A DNA stretch of 64,000 nt from assembly GCA_040403925.1 (NCBI GenBank), contig JBBAJV010000006.1:341-64340 (forward strand), written 5' to 3'. Shown piece by piece: positions 9,288 to 18,668 of this stretch (position 1 is its first letter; each line of letters starts with the position of its first letter). Source of the DNA: Sediminibacterium sp. (lineage in GTDB: Bacteria; Bacteroidota; Bacteroidia; Chitinophagales; Chitinophagaceae). The notes beneath the pieces are model-generated. The model saw nothing but the letters and a program-made list of their open reading frames with translations, made no database searches and was not told where the DNA came from. A program made the translations under genes and the position numbers.

Positions 9288-10736
9288 TTATGCACCTAAG
9301 CTCCAACCTTCACGATAAGCGCGTTTTACAAACTGGTTCGCTAAATCAAAATTGGTGATCTTCATATTTGGTCCATCCCACATTAATTGAATATTTCTTC
9401 CAGGATAGCTCGTCAATCCTTTTGCATCGTTGGCTTTGACATCATAAGAGCGGATGGCTAAATTGCCCATCAATACAGATTCAGTTAAAGGCCCTGCAAT
9501 ATCAAAATTAGAACTCAATATTTTTGCTTCCTTACTCGCTGGGCCTGCGATACAAGCTTCTACCCATGCTGCATAGTGTCCATTGTCGCCATCTTTTACT
9601 CTATCTATACTTTGCGGCACTTTTGTAGTTGCTGTTAAATTAGTTGGTAATAATTGAGGATTTGCGCCGTAAGTACCTGCCATCATTTTGCCTTTGGTGC
9701 CTTCAAAAATAATACCATTGCCACCATCACCCATCATTTCGTTTGGTCCCAATTCAGCTGGTCTTTCTGGTTGAATCCCGCCATCCATCCAATGCAATTT
9801 GACATCTGGTTTTCCATTTTGTCCCTTGAAAGTTAATATGATATGAGATGCTGCTGGTGGACTGTCTGGTGAGTAGACTCTTTGCCATGGAGCAGTGTAT
9901 CTTGTCGCCACACTACATTCTGCAGAAACAGGATATCCTAATCCAAGCACTGCAAAACCTGGTGCCATAATATGACATGCCATATCGCCTAATGCGCCGG
10001 TTCCGTAATCCCACCAGCCTCTCCAGTTAAATGGCAATACGTCGTCAAAAAAATCTTTTTGTGGCGCTGTTCCCAACCATAAATCATAATCTAAACCTGC
10101 TGGGATTTTATTTGCTGTAGTTGGACGAATCACACCTTGTGGCCAGACTGGTCGGTCGGTATAACAATAGATCGTATGTACATCTCCAATCAATCCTGCA
10201 TTGTACCAATCTTGTAACATACGCACGCCGTCTCCAGATGCACCTTGGTTACCCATCTGTGTCACTACATTGTATTTATGCGCAGCTTCTGTCATGATTC
10301 TAGCTTCGTAGATATCATGTGCCATTGGCTTTTGTACATACACGTGTTTCTTTAATTGCATGGCTGCCATCGCTTGTACGCCGTGCATATGGTCTGGTGT
10401 AGAAACAGAAACTGCATCAATCAACTTATGTTCTTTGTCTAACATTTCTCTATAATCCTTGTAATATTTTGCTTTCGGAAATCTTAGACGACTCTTTAAA
10501 GTTTGACGATCATCTACATCACATAAGAATGCGATATCTGCTTTTCCACTTTGGTAGAAGGACCATAGGTCACTTTCTCCTTTACCACCGGCACCAATAC
10601 CGGCAACTTGTAATTTATCACTAGGTGCGGTAAATCCTGTGCCACCCAATACATGCCTTGGGACAATGTAAAATCCGCCTAAAGCCAATGCGGCATTTTT
10701 GACGAAGTCTCTTCTTGATTTCATGTTTTTTTTCAT
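9288..10736 (-). CDS. TAT-exported Gfo/Idh/MocA family oxidoreductase
   Basis: KSRRDFVK twin-arginine signal, GIGAGGKG, STPDHMH, YVQKP, GALGDMACH. Confidence 0.88.
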   Translation of the reverse strand: MKKNMKSRRDFVKNAALALGGFYIVPRHVLGGTGFTAPSDKLQVAGIGAGGKGESDLWSFYQSGKADIAFLCDVDDRQTLKSRLRFPKAKYYKDYREMLDKEHKLIDAVSVSTPDHMHGVQAMAAMQLKKHVYVQKPMAHDIYEARIMTEAAHKYNVVTQMGNQGASGDGVRMLQDWYNAGLIGDVHTIYCYTDRPVWPQGVIRPTTANKIPAGLDYDLWLGTAPQKDFFDDVLPFNWRGWWDYGTGALGDMACHIMAPGFAVLGLGYPVSAECSVATRYTAPWQRVYSPDSPPAASHIILTFKGQNGKPDVKLHWMDGGIQPERPAELGPNEMMGDGGNGIIFEGTKGKMMAGTYGANPQLLPTNLTATTKVPQSIDRVKDGDNGHYAAWVEACIAGPASKEAKILSSNFDIAGPLTESVLMGNLAIRSYDVKANDAKGLTSYPGRNIQLMWDGPNMKITNFDLANQFVKRAYREGWSLGA

Positions 10737-10888
10737 AGCAATCGTTTAAATTGGAGGGGGTACTCCTTCGGTTTTTTAAGTAGGTTAAATTATTAAAAAT
10801 TGGCCATATGCTGAAATTATTTTTATGAACGCATAAATTGGCATGGGTTTGGAGATTAAAGTTTAAATTGCTGTACATTTTTGAAGCT

Positions 10889-12256
10889 ATGAATACATCG
10901 TTAGAAGCATTAAGACAGTATTTCCAGTCAGGGGCGACCCAGCCTTTTGCATTTAGGCTTTTGCAGCTTAAAAGACTCAAGCAGTTGGTAGTTGACAACG
11001 AGCAAGCATTGTACAAAGCATTGTATGCCGATTTAAAAAAAACAGATGAAGATGCCTGGGCGACCGAAGTAGGTTTTTTCTTAAGTGAATTAAATTATAC
11101 ACTTGAACATTTGAAAGGATGGATGCAGCCTAAATCGGTTCCCACTAATTTGGTCAATATGCCTTCTTCTAGTTTTACCATTCAAGAGCCATTGGGTGTG
11201 GTTTGTATCATTGCTCCTTGGAATTATCCTTTTCAGTTATTGTTTACACCCTTGATTGGTGCCATTGCAGGAGGGAATTGCGCTGTTTTAAAACCAAGTG
11301 AGTTTGCACCAGCCACTGCAGCGGTGATGCGTAGGATCATTGGCGATTTGTTTCCTGAAAATTATATTTTATATATTGAAGGTGATGGTGCGCAGGTATT
11401 ACCACCACTACTTTCAGAAAATAGGTTTGACCATATTTTTTATACGGGAAGTACCATGGTAGGAAAAATAATTTACAAATTAGCTGCAGAACAGTTAGTA
11501 CCAGTGACTTTAGAGTTAGGTGGCAAAAGTCCTGCGGTAATTTGTGATGATGCCAATTTAAGAGTAGCAGCACGCCGTTTAGCGAATCCAAAATTTTCTA
11601 ATTGTGGTCAAATGTGTATTGCCCCTGACTATATTTTAGTACCGCATCATTTAAGGGATGAACTCATTAAAGAATTAACGATTGCCATTCAAAAATTTTA
11701 TGGTGCAGATGCAGAGCACTCTGAGCATTATGGTAAAATTATTAATGATAAACAATGGTTGCGTTTAACTTCTTATCTAGGGGATGGTGAAATTGTCTAT
11801 GGAGGAAAATCGAATAGAGAAAAATTATTCATTGAACCCACCATTATGGCAGGTGTTCAAACAGATGCAAAAATTATGCAGGACGAAATCTTTGGACCTA
11901 TCCTTCCTATCCTTACTTATGCATCCAAGGAAGAAGCCTTGGCCATTATTCAAAAAAATCCAAACCCATTGGCATTCTATGTGTTTACTGAAAATCAAGC
12001 GGATGAGGCTTATTGGTTGACCAATGTGCCTTCAGGCGGGGCTTGTGTAAATAATGCCACAATGCATATTACCAATCATGAATTACCCTTTGGTGGTAGG
12101 GGTTTTAGCGGTACTGGAGGCTATCATGGTAAGTTAAGTTTCGACACATTTACACATACGAAGTCGGTATTAAAAACACCAACTTGGATAGATCCTAGTT
12201 TTAAATATCCTCCTTATAAAGGCAAGGCTTGGTTGTTAAAAAGATTAATTGGTTAA
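10889..12256 (+). CDS. Aldehyde dehydrogenase (ALDH3 / fatty aldehyde dehydrogenase-like)
   Basis: PWNYP, LKPSE, YTGST, LELGGKSP, CGQMCIAPDY, EIFGPILP, PFGG. Start set at 10889 (MNTSL). Confidence 0.92.
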   Translation: MNTSLEALRQYFQSGATQPFAFRLLQLKRLKQLVVDNEQALYKALYADLKKTDEDAWATEVGFFLSELNYTLEHLKGWMQPKSVPTNLVNMPSSSFTIQEPLGVVCIIAPWNYPFQLLFTPLIGAIAGGNCAVLKPSEFAPATAAVMRRIIGDLFPENYILYIEGDGAQVLPPLLSENRFDHIFYTGSTMVGKIIYKLAAEQLVPVTLELGGKSPAVICDDANLRVAARRLANPKFSNCGQMCIAPDYILVPHHLRDELIKELTIAIQKFYGADAEHSEHYGKIINDKQWLRLTSYLGDGEIVYGGKSNREKLFIEPTIMAGVQTDAKIMQDEIFGPILPILTYASKEEALAIIQKNPNPLAFYVFTENQADEAYWLTNVPSGGACVNNATMHITNHELPFGGRGFSGTGGYHGKLSFDTFTHTKSVLKTPTWIDPSFKYPPYKGKAWLLKRLIG

Positions 12257-12274
12257 TAGACCATATATAAATAG

Positions 12275-12955
12275 ATGTACCAAAATAAAAATAAACTTAT
12301 GATCATTAAAATAGTCATTGCAGTGGGGGTATTGGTTACGGCTGCATTATTGATGAAGAAAAAAGAGATGACCTATCGTCAATCTATTTTAAAAACAATT
12401 TATCCAGCCATCATGTGGTCGACAGGGAAGGCTGGGACTAAGCAAGTACAGGTGAATACGGATATGAAAAAAGGGACGGTTGAATTTTATAGTTTAACCA
12501 CAAAAGATATCGCAGGGAATGCGTTTAGTTTTGAGCAATTCAAAGGCAAAAAAGTATTGATTGTGAATACTGCTAGTGATTGTGGTTATACTGGTCAGTA
12601 TGAAAATTTAGAAAAATTATCTAAACAGTTTGCTGGATCATTGGTTGTGGTTGGTTTCCCTGCCAATGATTTTAAAAATCAAGAAACAAAAGACGATCAA
12701 GCCATTGCTGCTTTTTGTGAAAAAAATTATGGGGTGAGTTTTCCTTTGATGTCGAAGTCGGTGGTAATCAAATCGAATGAGCAGAATTCAGTATACAATT
12801 GGCTAAGTGCTGCTAATTTAAATGGCTGGTGCAATCAAGCACCTGCTTGGAATTTTTGCAAATACTTAATCAATGAGCAAGGCGTATTGACACATTATTT
12901 TCCGATGAGCGTGGATCCTTTGGATGCAAAAATAGTTGAGGCTATTAAAAAGTAA
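12275..12955 (+). CDS. Cys-type glutathione peroxidase family protein with N-terminal membrane anchor
   Basis: VNTASDCGYT, GFPAND, NQE, WNFCKYLI; hydrophobic segment near the N-terminus. Confidence 0.88.
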   Translation: MYQNKNKLMIIKIVIAVGVLVTAALLMKKKEMTYRQSILKTIYPAIMWSTGKAGTKQVQVNTDMKKGTVEFYSLTTKDIAGNAFSFEQFKGKKVLIVNTASDCGYTGQYENLEKLSKQFAGSLVVVGFPANDFKNQETKDDQAIAAFCEKNYGVSFPLMSKSVVIKSNEQNSVYNWLSAANLNGWCNQAPAWNFCKYLINEQGVLTHYFPMSVDPLDAKIVEAIKK

Positions 12956-12997
12956 TAGGCCTATTTATTCCAATTAAAATGAATGTTGATTCCTACT

Positions 12998-14038
12998 TTA
13001 ATCAATGGGGCAGTGCTCATGGTAATTCTCTAAAACAATTTTACCAGAGTCTATTTCCATGCCTTTGAATTTTTCTTTAATCTCATCCAAAATAGCTTCG
13101 ATGCCTTCGCGCTCTGTAATGCGTACCAATTGATTTCTATATTCTTTAATATTTGGCAAACCTCTTAAGTAATTGGCATAATGTCTGCGCATTTCGTTGA
13201 TGCCACCAATGGGTCCTTTCCATTCTAAAGATTTAATTAAATGCTTTCTTGCTACTTCTACGCGTTCTTCAATAGTAGGTGATTTCATTTTTTCACCAGT
13301 CGCTAAAAAATGCTTGATCTCTCTAAAGATCCATGGATATCCAATGGCAGCCCTGCCAATCATCACGCCATCCACGCCGTATTTATTTTTATATTCCAAA
13401 GCTTTTTCTGGAGAATTGATATCCCCGTTACCAAAAATAGGAATATGAATTCTTGGGTCGTTTTTGATATTACCAATGATGGTCCAATCTGCTTCACCTT
13501 TGTACATCTGTACTCTTGTTCGTCCATGAATGGCCAAAGCTTTTATCCCAACATCTTGTAATCTTAATGCTGCTTCGTGCACATTCAAACTACTATCATC
13601 CCAACCCAATCTTGTTTTTACTGTTACTGGAAGGTTGGTGCTTTTTACCACGGCTTCGGTTAAACGTACCATTAAGTCAAGGTCTCTTAAGACGCCAGCG
13701 CCAGCGCCCTTCATCGCTACTTTTTTTACAGGGCAACCAAAATTGATGTCAATTAAATCAGGATTTACAGTATCAACAATTTTAGTACATAAGGCCATCG
13801 CTTCCTCATCTCCACCAAATATTTGAATCCCTATTGGGCGCTCATAATCATAAATATCTAGTTTCTGTTTGCTTTTGATGGCATCTCGTATCAAGCCCTC
13901 ACTGCTAATAAATTCTGTATACATGAGGTCTGCACCATTATCTTTGCACACGGCTCTAAACGGAGGATCACTTACGTCCTCCATGGGCGCTAATAAAAGC
14001 GGAAAATCTGGTAATTGTATGTTCCCTATAGAAACCAT
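12998..14038 (-). CDS. dusB: tRNA dihydrouridine synthase B
   Basis: LAPME, DINFGCP, TVKTRLG, HGRT, GNGDI, GVMIGR motifs. Confidence 0.92.
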   Translation of the reverse strand: MVSIGNIQLPDFPLLLAPMEDVSDPPFRAVCKDNGADLMYTEFISSEGLIRDAIKSKQKLDIYDYERPIGIQIFGGDEEAMALCTKIVDTVNPDLIDINFGCPVKKVAMKGAGAGVLRDLDLMVRLTEAVVKSTNLPVTVKTRLGWDDSSLNVHEAALRLQDVGIKALAIHGRTRVQMYKGEADWTIIGNIKNDPRIHIPIFGNGDINSPEKALEYKNKYGVDGVMIGRAAIGYPWIFREIKHFLATGEKMKSPTIEERVEVARKHLIKSLEWKGPIGGINEMRRHYANYLRGLPNIKEYRNQLVRITEREGIEAILDEIKEKFKGMEIDSGKIVLENYHEHCPID

Positions 14039-14075
14039 ATGAATTCATTATCTTGCATCTAATCGATACGCCCGG

Positions 14076-14083
14076 CAAAGGTA
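14076..14083 (-). promoter_or_regulatory. Bacteroidota -7 promoter element for dusB
   Basis: TACCTTTG on the minus strand, exact TAnnTTTG consensus, 37 nt upstream of the ATG. Confidence 0.65.
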
Positions 14084-14101
14084 CCAATTAATTGCATTGA
14101 C

Positions 14102-15016
14102 ATGTATACTAATGAAAATTCTATTTTTAATATGAGCCCTGGATTCAGGATGGTTCTATTTATATCCATGACTGGATTGAGTATGATACTTGGGGGCTTA
14201 ATTACTTTTTCGATTGTAGCAGCTGCATTGCATGTGCCATTTATGGAAATTCAGTCTGTTTTATTGCGCCCTGAAAATACCAGTATGACACAAATTGCTA
14301 ACGCTTTTGCTTCTATTATTGGCTTTGGTGTGCCAGCTTTAGTGGTGGCTTATTTTACCAAAGGAAGTTTCGCTTATAATTTAGGGTTCAAGCCCATCAC
14401 CAATGAAAAACAAGTAGGGATTGTTATTTTACTAGCTTTCACTGGCTTGATTTTGAGTGGCGCATTAGGAGACCTTACAGATAAAATTACATTTTCAAAT
14501 AGCATTAGAAATTGGGCAACGGACCTAGAAGCGCAATATAAAAAAGCGTTGATGGCGATGACCCAAATGCGTTCTATTGGTGATTTAATACTTGCGATTG
14601 TGGCTATTGCAGTGGTGCCGGCTATAGTAGAGGAGTTATATTTTAGAGCGACACTTCAAAAAATTATTACAGACTGGTCTGGGAAGCCATTGCTAGCGAT
14701 TTTGATCTCTGCTATTTTATTTAGTGCATTTCATTTTTCTTATTTTGGTTTTTTATCCAGGATGTCACTGGGTATTGTACTTGGCTTAATTTATTATTAT
14801 ACAAAAACAATTTGGTTGCCGATCTTAATGCATTTTGTTAACAATGCAATTGGCGTTTCTGCTTTGTATGCAGTAAGGAATAATCCAAAAAAAATAGACC
14901 AAGTATTGGACTCTAACCTCACTTATTATTGGGTGATCATTGGACTAGTGGCATTATTTATTTTGTTCAAACAATTAAAAAAGACCACAGATGCAGGATT
15001 GGAAAAAGATTTTTAG
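14102..15016 (+). CDS. CPBP family (Abi/CAAX) intramembrane metalloprotease
   Basis: Multiple TM helices; EELYFR, FSAFH and LMHFVNN motifs. Confidence 0.88.
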   Translation: MYTNENSIFNMSPGFRMVLFISMTGLSMILGGLITFSIVAAALHVPFMEIQSVLLRPENTSMTQIANAFASIIGFGVPALVVAYFTKGSFAYNLGFKPITNEKQVGIVILLAFTGLILSGALGDLTDKITFSNSIRNWATDLEAQYKKALMAMTQMRSIGDLILAIVAIAVVPAIVEELYFRATLQKIITDWSGKPLLAILISAILFSAFHFSYFGFLSRMSLGIVLGLIYYYTKTIWLPILMHFVNNAIGVSALYAVRNNPKKIDQVLDSNLTYYWVIIGLVALFILFKQLKKTTDAGLEKDF

Positions 15017-15191
15017 TAATACCCAGTTAGCTTACACAACAATGGTAGCAGGACTTTTAGAGGAGCAAGGCATTCCTACTAAGTTGTTAAACAAGCAAGA
15101 TACTTCTTACGTTTTTTTAGGAGAGGTTGAATTATACACGCCTACTATATTTGAGGAAAAAGCGCTAAGCATTATTGCGGAGATAAATTAA
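14991..15191 (+). CDS. Small DUF2007-like protein (putative signal transducing)
   Basis: 66 aa; W-x-K-I-F..GLLEEQGIP..LNKQDTSY..GEVELY pattern; translationally overlaps the upstream gene. Confidence 0.65.
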   Translation: MQDWKKIFSNTQLAYTTMVAGLLEEQGIPTKLLNKQDTSYVFLGEVELYTPTIFEEKALSIIAEIN

Positions 15192-15219
15192 TTTTATATA
15201 TAAATTTAAAAAAGTTTTC

Positions 15220-16128
15220 ATGGCGTTTAATTTTTCTGTTTTTAAAGTGAGGGCATTGTCTGCCATCGTATTTGTTTTGATCATGTTAGCAGGACTATTC
15301 TTTAATAACTGGTCTTATTTTGCTTTGTTTTTGTTGATACAAGTGGGTTGTTTGTATGAATACCAAAAATTGATGCGCATCATTTTCCCTTCTTACAATC
15401 AAATTTCAAAATTGCATCAATGGGGTGTATTGCTAGTGGGTACTTTAATGATGACTAGTTTAGCCCCAACCGATATTGTATTACCCGATTTTATAAAAAA
15501 TATTTTGCCACTTGCATATCAAGGAATTGGTTTAAGGTGGATTGGCTTGAAAGCCATGCCAGTCGCCCTTGTATTGATGATGGTGGCAGATGTATTTACA
15601 AGAAAAGCGGAAGTCAAAAATATAGCGATTAGTTTTTTTGGGTTCATTTATATTTCAATTAGCCTGTCCTTATTTTACGCCATGAGGGGCATGTTTTTGA
15701 ATTCTGCCATGTCTATGTTTTTTTCGAATATAGAATTGATGGTGCCTATTTTAGTGATTGTGACTGTTTGGGTAAATGATACCATGGCTTATATTGTAGG
15801 TTCTTTTGTTGGGCGTACGCCCATCTCTCCTATTTCACCTAAGAAAACTTGGGAAGGTACGATTGCTGGTATTATTTTAGCTGTTGTGATTTTATCCACT
15901 GTGGCAGGTCAATACATTCCTATAGCGACTAAGTACCTCTATATGATCACTTTCGTGGCATCTGTGATGGGGAATATGGGTGATCTTTTTGAAAGCAAAT
16001 TAAAACGCTTGGCAAGCGTGAAAGATAGTGGTAGTATGATGCCTGGACATGGTGGCTTCTTAGACAGATTTGATTCTATTTTGTTTGCAGGTCCATTTGT
16101 TTGGATATTGCTTCAATTTATCTTTTAG
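15220..16128 (+). CDS. cdsA: Phosphatidate cytidylyltransferase
   Basis: WVNDTMAY, ISPKKTWEG, GDLFESKLKR, KDSG..PGHGGFLDRFDS. Confidence 0.93.
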   Translation: MAFNFSVFKVRALSAIVFVLIMLAGLFFNNWSYFALFLLIQVGCLYEYQKLMRIIFPSYNQISKLHQWGVLLVGTLMMTSLAPTDIVLPDFIKNILPLAYQGIGLRWIGLKAMPVALVLMMVADVFTRKAEVKNIAISFFGFIYISISLSLFYAMRGMFLNSAMSMFFSNIELMVPILVIVTVWVNDTMAYIVGSFVGRTPISPISPKKTWEGTIAGIILAVVILSTVAGQYIPIATKYLYMITFVASVMGNMGDLFESKLKRLASVKDSGSMMPGHGGFLDRFDSILFAGPFVWILLQFIF

Positions 16129-16157
16129 ATGAATTACCTTTGCCCAAATTGTTATTT

Positions 16158-16814
16158 ATGACCATACACAGAGAAGGATCAGCTACGATTGCATTGGTTG
16201 CATTCGTTATGGGTATCTTGAATTTAATTAATTTCTCTTATCTATTTCCTATAAGTGCATTGCTAGCTTGGTCTGTATTTGTGATGACAGTGGCTTTCTT
16301 TTTATTCATAGTTTCCTTTTTTAGAATGCCCAATCGTGCATTAACGATGGACCCTTCTGCGATTATTGCTCCTGCAGATGGGAAAGTAGTGGTGATTGAG
16401 GAAGTGATGCCAGATGAATTTTATATGGAGCCAAGAATTCAGATCAGTGTTTTTATGAGTCCAGCCAATGTGCACGTGAATCGTTTGCCTGTTGCTGGGA
16501 ATATTATTTACAACCAATATCATCCCGGAAAATTTTTAGTCGCATGGCATCCTAAGTCTTCTACCGATAATGAAAGATGGTCTGTGGTGGTTGAAAACGA
16601 AAAAGGGACTATTTTATTAAAGCAAATCGCAGGTGCACTTGCCAGAAGAATCTGTAACTATGCTGCTGTTGGAACCAAGTTCAATCAATGTGATGAGTAT
16701 GGTTTCATCAAATTTGGTAGTAGGGTAGATTTGTTATTGCCAATCGGCACCCAAATCAATTGCAAAATAGGGGATACGGTGCAAGGTGGCGTCACTGTTC
16801 TAGCAAGATGGTAA
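16158..16814 (+). CDS. psd: Phosphatidylserine decarboxylase proenzyme
   Basis: FFRMP, APADG, SVFMS..NVH, QIAG..ARRI, FGSRVD self-cleavage motif. Start set at 16158, downstream of a TACCTTTG element at 16135-16142. Confidence 0.92.
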   Translation: MTIHREGSATIALVAFVMGILNLINFSYLFPISALLAWSVFVMTVAFFLFIVSFFRMPNRALTMDPSAIIAPADGKVVVIEEVMPDEFYMEPRIQISVFMSPANVHVNRLPVAGNIIYNQYHPGKFLVAWHPKSSTDNERWSVVVENEKGTILLKQIAGALARRICNYAAVGTKFNQCDEYGFIKFGSRVDLLLPIGTQINCKIGDTVQGGVTVLARW

Positions 16815-16825
16815 TAAGGAATAAC

Positions 16826-17521
16826 TTAAAAGATTGTTTCCAATTCTTTTAAATGCGTGATGGTATAAGTTGCAGGAATCGTTGGCACAACTTGAATATG
16901 GTTGACAAAAATAGTGTCCATCCCCATATTGATCCCACCTTGTATATCTGCTGACTCATTGTCTCCAATCATAATACTTTCTGCCACAGTTGCATTGGCG
17001 TTTTTTAAAGCGTATTCAAAAATTTCCTTTTGAGGTTTTAAACTATTACTTGCTTCGGAAGTAATGACTTCGATAAAATAATCATGTAGTCCTGAATTTT
17101 TGATTTTTTTAAATTGCACCGATTCAAAACCATTGGTGATGAGGTGCATTTTATAATCCTTCTGTTTTAAGTATTCTAAGATTTCGATGGTGTAGGGAAA
17201 TAAATGTTTTTTGTTAGGCAAAATCTCTAAATAAGCCTGAGACATTTCTTTTGCCAATGGTTCATTGGCTACTTTAAAATCTAATAAACTTAAATACACC
17301 CTTTTCCATCTTAACTCTTCTTGTTTGATAAAGCCCTTGGTGTATCGGTCCCACAATCGGTGATTGTGTGCAGAATAAGTGGAATAAAACCCATCAAAAT
17401 CGACAATGCCTAATTCTGCTAGATGGTGCGTGGCATATAGTTCTTGAATGGTTTCCTTAGAATTGGTCTCGAAATCCCAAAGGGTATGGTCTAAGTCAAA
17501 AAATAGGTCTTTATACGCCAT
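16826..17521 (-). CDS. yjjG: YjjG-family HAD noncanonical pyrimidine nucleotidase
   Basis: FDLDHTLWDF, ITNG, KP, MIGD..DIQG HAD motifs. Confidence 0.85.
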   Translation of the reverse strand: MAYKDLFFDLDHTLWDFETNSKETIQELYATHHLAELGIVDFDGFYSTYSAHNHRLWDRYTKGFIKQEELRWKRVYLSLLDFKVANEPLAKEMSQAYLEILPNKKHLFPYTIEILEYLKQKDYKMHLITNGFESVQFKKIKNSGLHDYFIEVITSEASNSLKPQKEIFEYALKNANATVAESIMIGDNESADIQGGINMGMDTIFVNHIQVVPTIPATYTITHLKELETIF

Positions 17522-17598
17522 GGGTAATAGATGAATTGGTAATTGAAACGCTAAATTACCATATTGCTTGTTATCTTTATCTAGTAAAGTATGAATTT

Positions 17599-18297
17599 AT
17601 GAATATCATTGTTACTGGTGCTTCTAAAGGGATCGGTTTTGCCATTGCAAATGCGTTTGCAGCAGCAGGACACAATTTGTATCTAACTAGTAAAACGCCT
17701 GCCGATCTTGAAAATGCGGCTGCAGCCTTACAAAAAACATATCCAGCTGTTAAGGTGGATTTTGTACATGCAGATTTGTCTATTCAAGCACAGGTGCATT
17801 GTTTTTCTGAATGGGTTTTAGCAAGAACCACCCCTGATGTATTGGTCAACAATGCGGGCTATTTTTTGCCTGGGCAATTACAAGATGAGCCGGATGGACA
17901 ATTAGAAGCCCAATTGAATGCAAATTTATTATCTGCATATCATTTGACTCGTGATCTTTTGCCTGCTATGATCCAAGCGAAACAGGGTCATATTTTTAAT
18001 ATCTGTTCTATTGCATCTTTACAAGCCTATCCACATGGAGGATCTTATAGTATTTCTAAATATGCATTGCTAGGATTTTCTACCAACCTAAGACTAGAAT
18101 TAAAAGATAAGGGCATTAAAGTCACAGCAGTTTGTCCTGGAGCCACTTATACCAATAGTTGGAAGGGTTCTGGCGTGGCAGAAGATCGTATTATGGAAGC
18201 AGATGATATTGCAAAGATGATTTATGCTGCGACTCAATTAAGTCCTCAAGCGGTGGTAGAAGATATTGTGCTTCGTCCTCAATTAGGTGATTTATAA
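17599..18297 (+). CDS. SDR family oxidoreductase
   Basis: TGASKGIG, NNAG, YSISK catalytic motif. Start set at 17599 (MNIIV). Confidence 0.9.
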   Translation: MNIIVTGASKGIGFAIANAFAAAGHNLYLTSKTPADLENAAAALQKTYPAVKVDFVHADLSIQAQVHCFSEWVLARTTPDVLVNNAGYFLPGQLQDEPDGQLEAQLNANLLSAYHLTRDLLPAMIQAKQGHIFNICSIASLQAYPHGGSYSISKYALLGFSTNLRLELKDKGIKVTAVCPGATYTNSWKGSGVAEDRIMEADDIAKMIYAATQLSPQAVVEDIVLRPQLGDL

Positions 18298-18323
18298 GGA
18301 ATCAGGTATTAACATTTGTCAAA

Positions 18324-18668
18324 TCAGAATCGCTCAAGGTCGTCTTCATCATGTGCATTGTTTGCTGTATCCGGTGAATCTATTTTATTGGTCGTGCTAA
18401 AACTTGCTCTTGCTGCTTTGGTAGCAGCCAATCTTTCTACAATCACTGCTGCAATTAATTTTGCGGCATCTTCATTAGGGTTTAATTGTAATATATATTT
18501 TAATTTTTCTTCAGATACATCAATACGGTATAGTAGTTGCACCAATTTGTTAAAGTCATGTTGTATGCAATCATTGATATACGCCATTAAATCGCTAGGG
18601 CCTAGTTGTTCTAATTCGGAAAATACTTTTTCCATGAGACTATTTTTATCTGATTTTTTCTGTGACAC
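18324..18668 (-). CDS. Hypothetical protein (helical core LxQLLYRIDVSE)
   Basis: 114-aa ORF co-oriented with and overlapping the upstream TIGR02757 gene; the antisense ORF 18316..18672 is a shadow. Confidence 0.6.
   Translation of the reverse strand: MSQKKSDKNSLMEKVFSELEQLGPSDLMAYINDCIQHDFNKLVQLLYRIDVSEEKLKYILQLNPNEDAAKLIAAVIVERLAATKAARASFSTTNKIDSPDTANNAHDEDDLERF

Noticed and set aside
12275-12955. Selenocysteine in the glutathione peroxidase
   Set aside because: The active-site codon is TGT (Cys), and there is no in-frame TGA.
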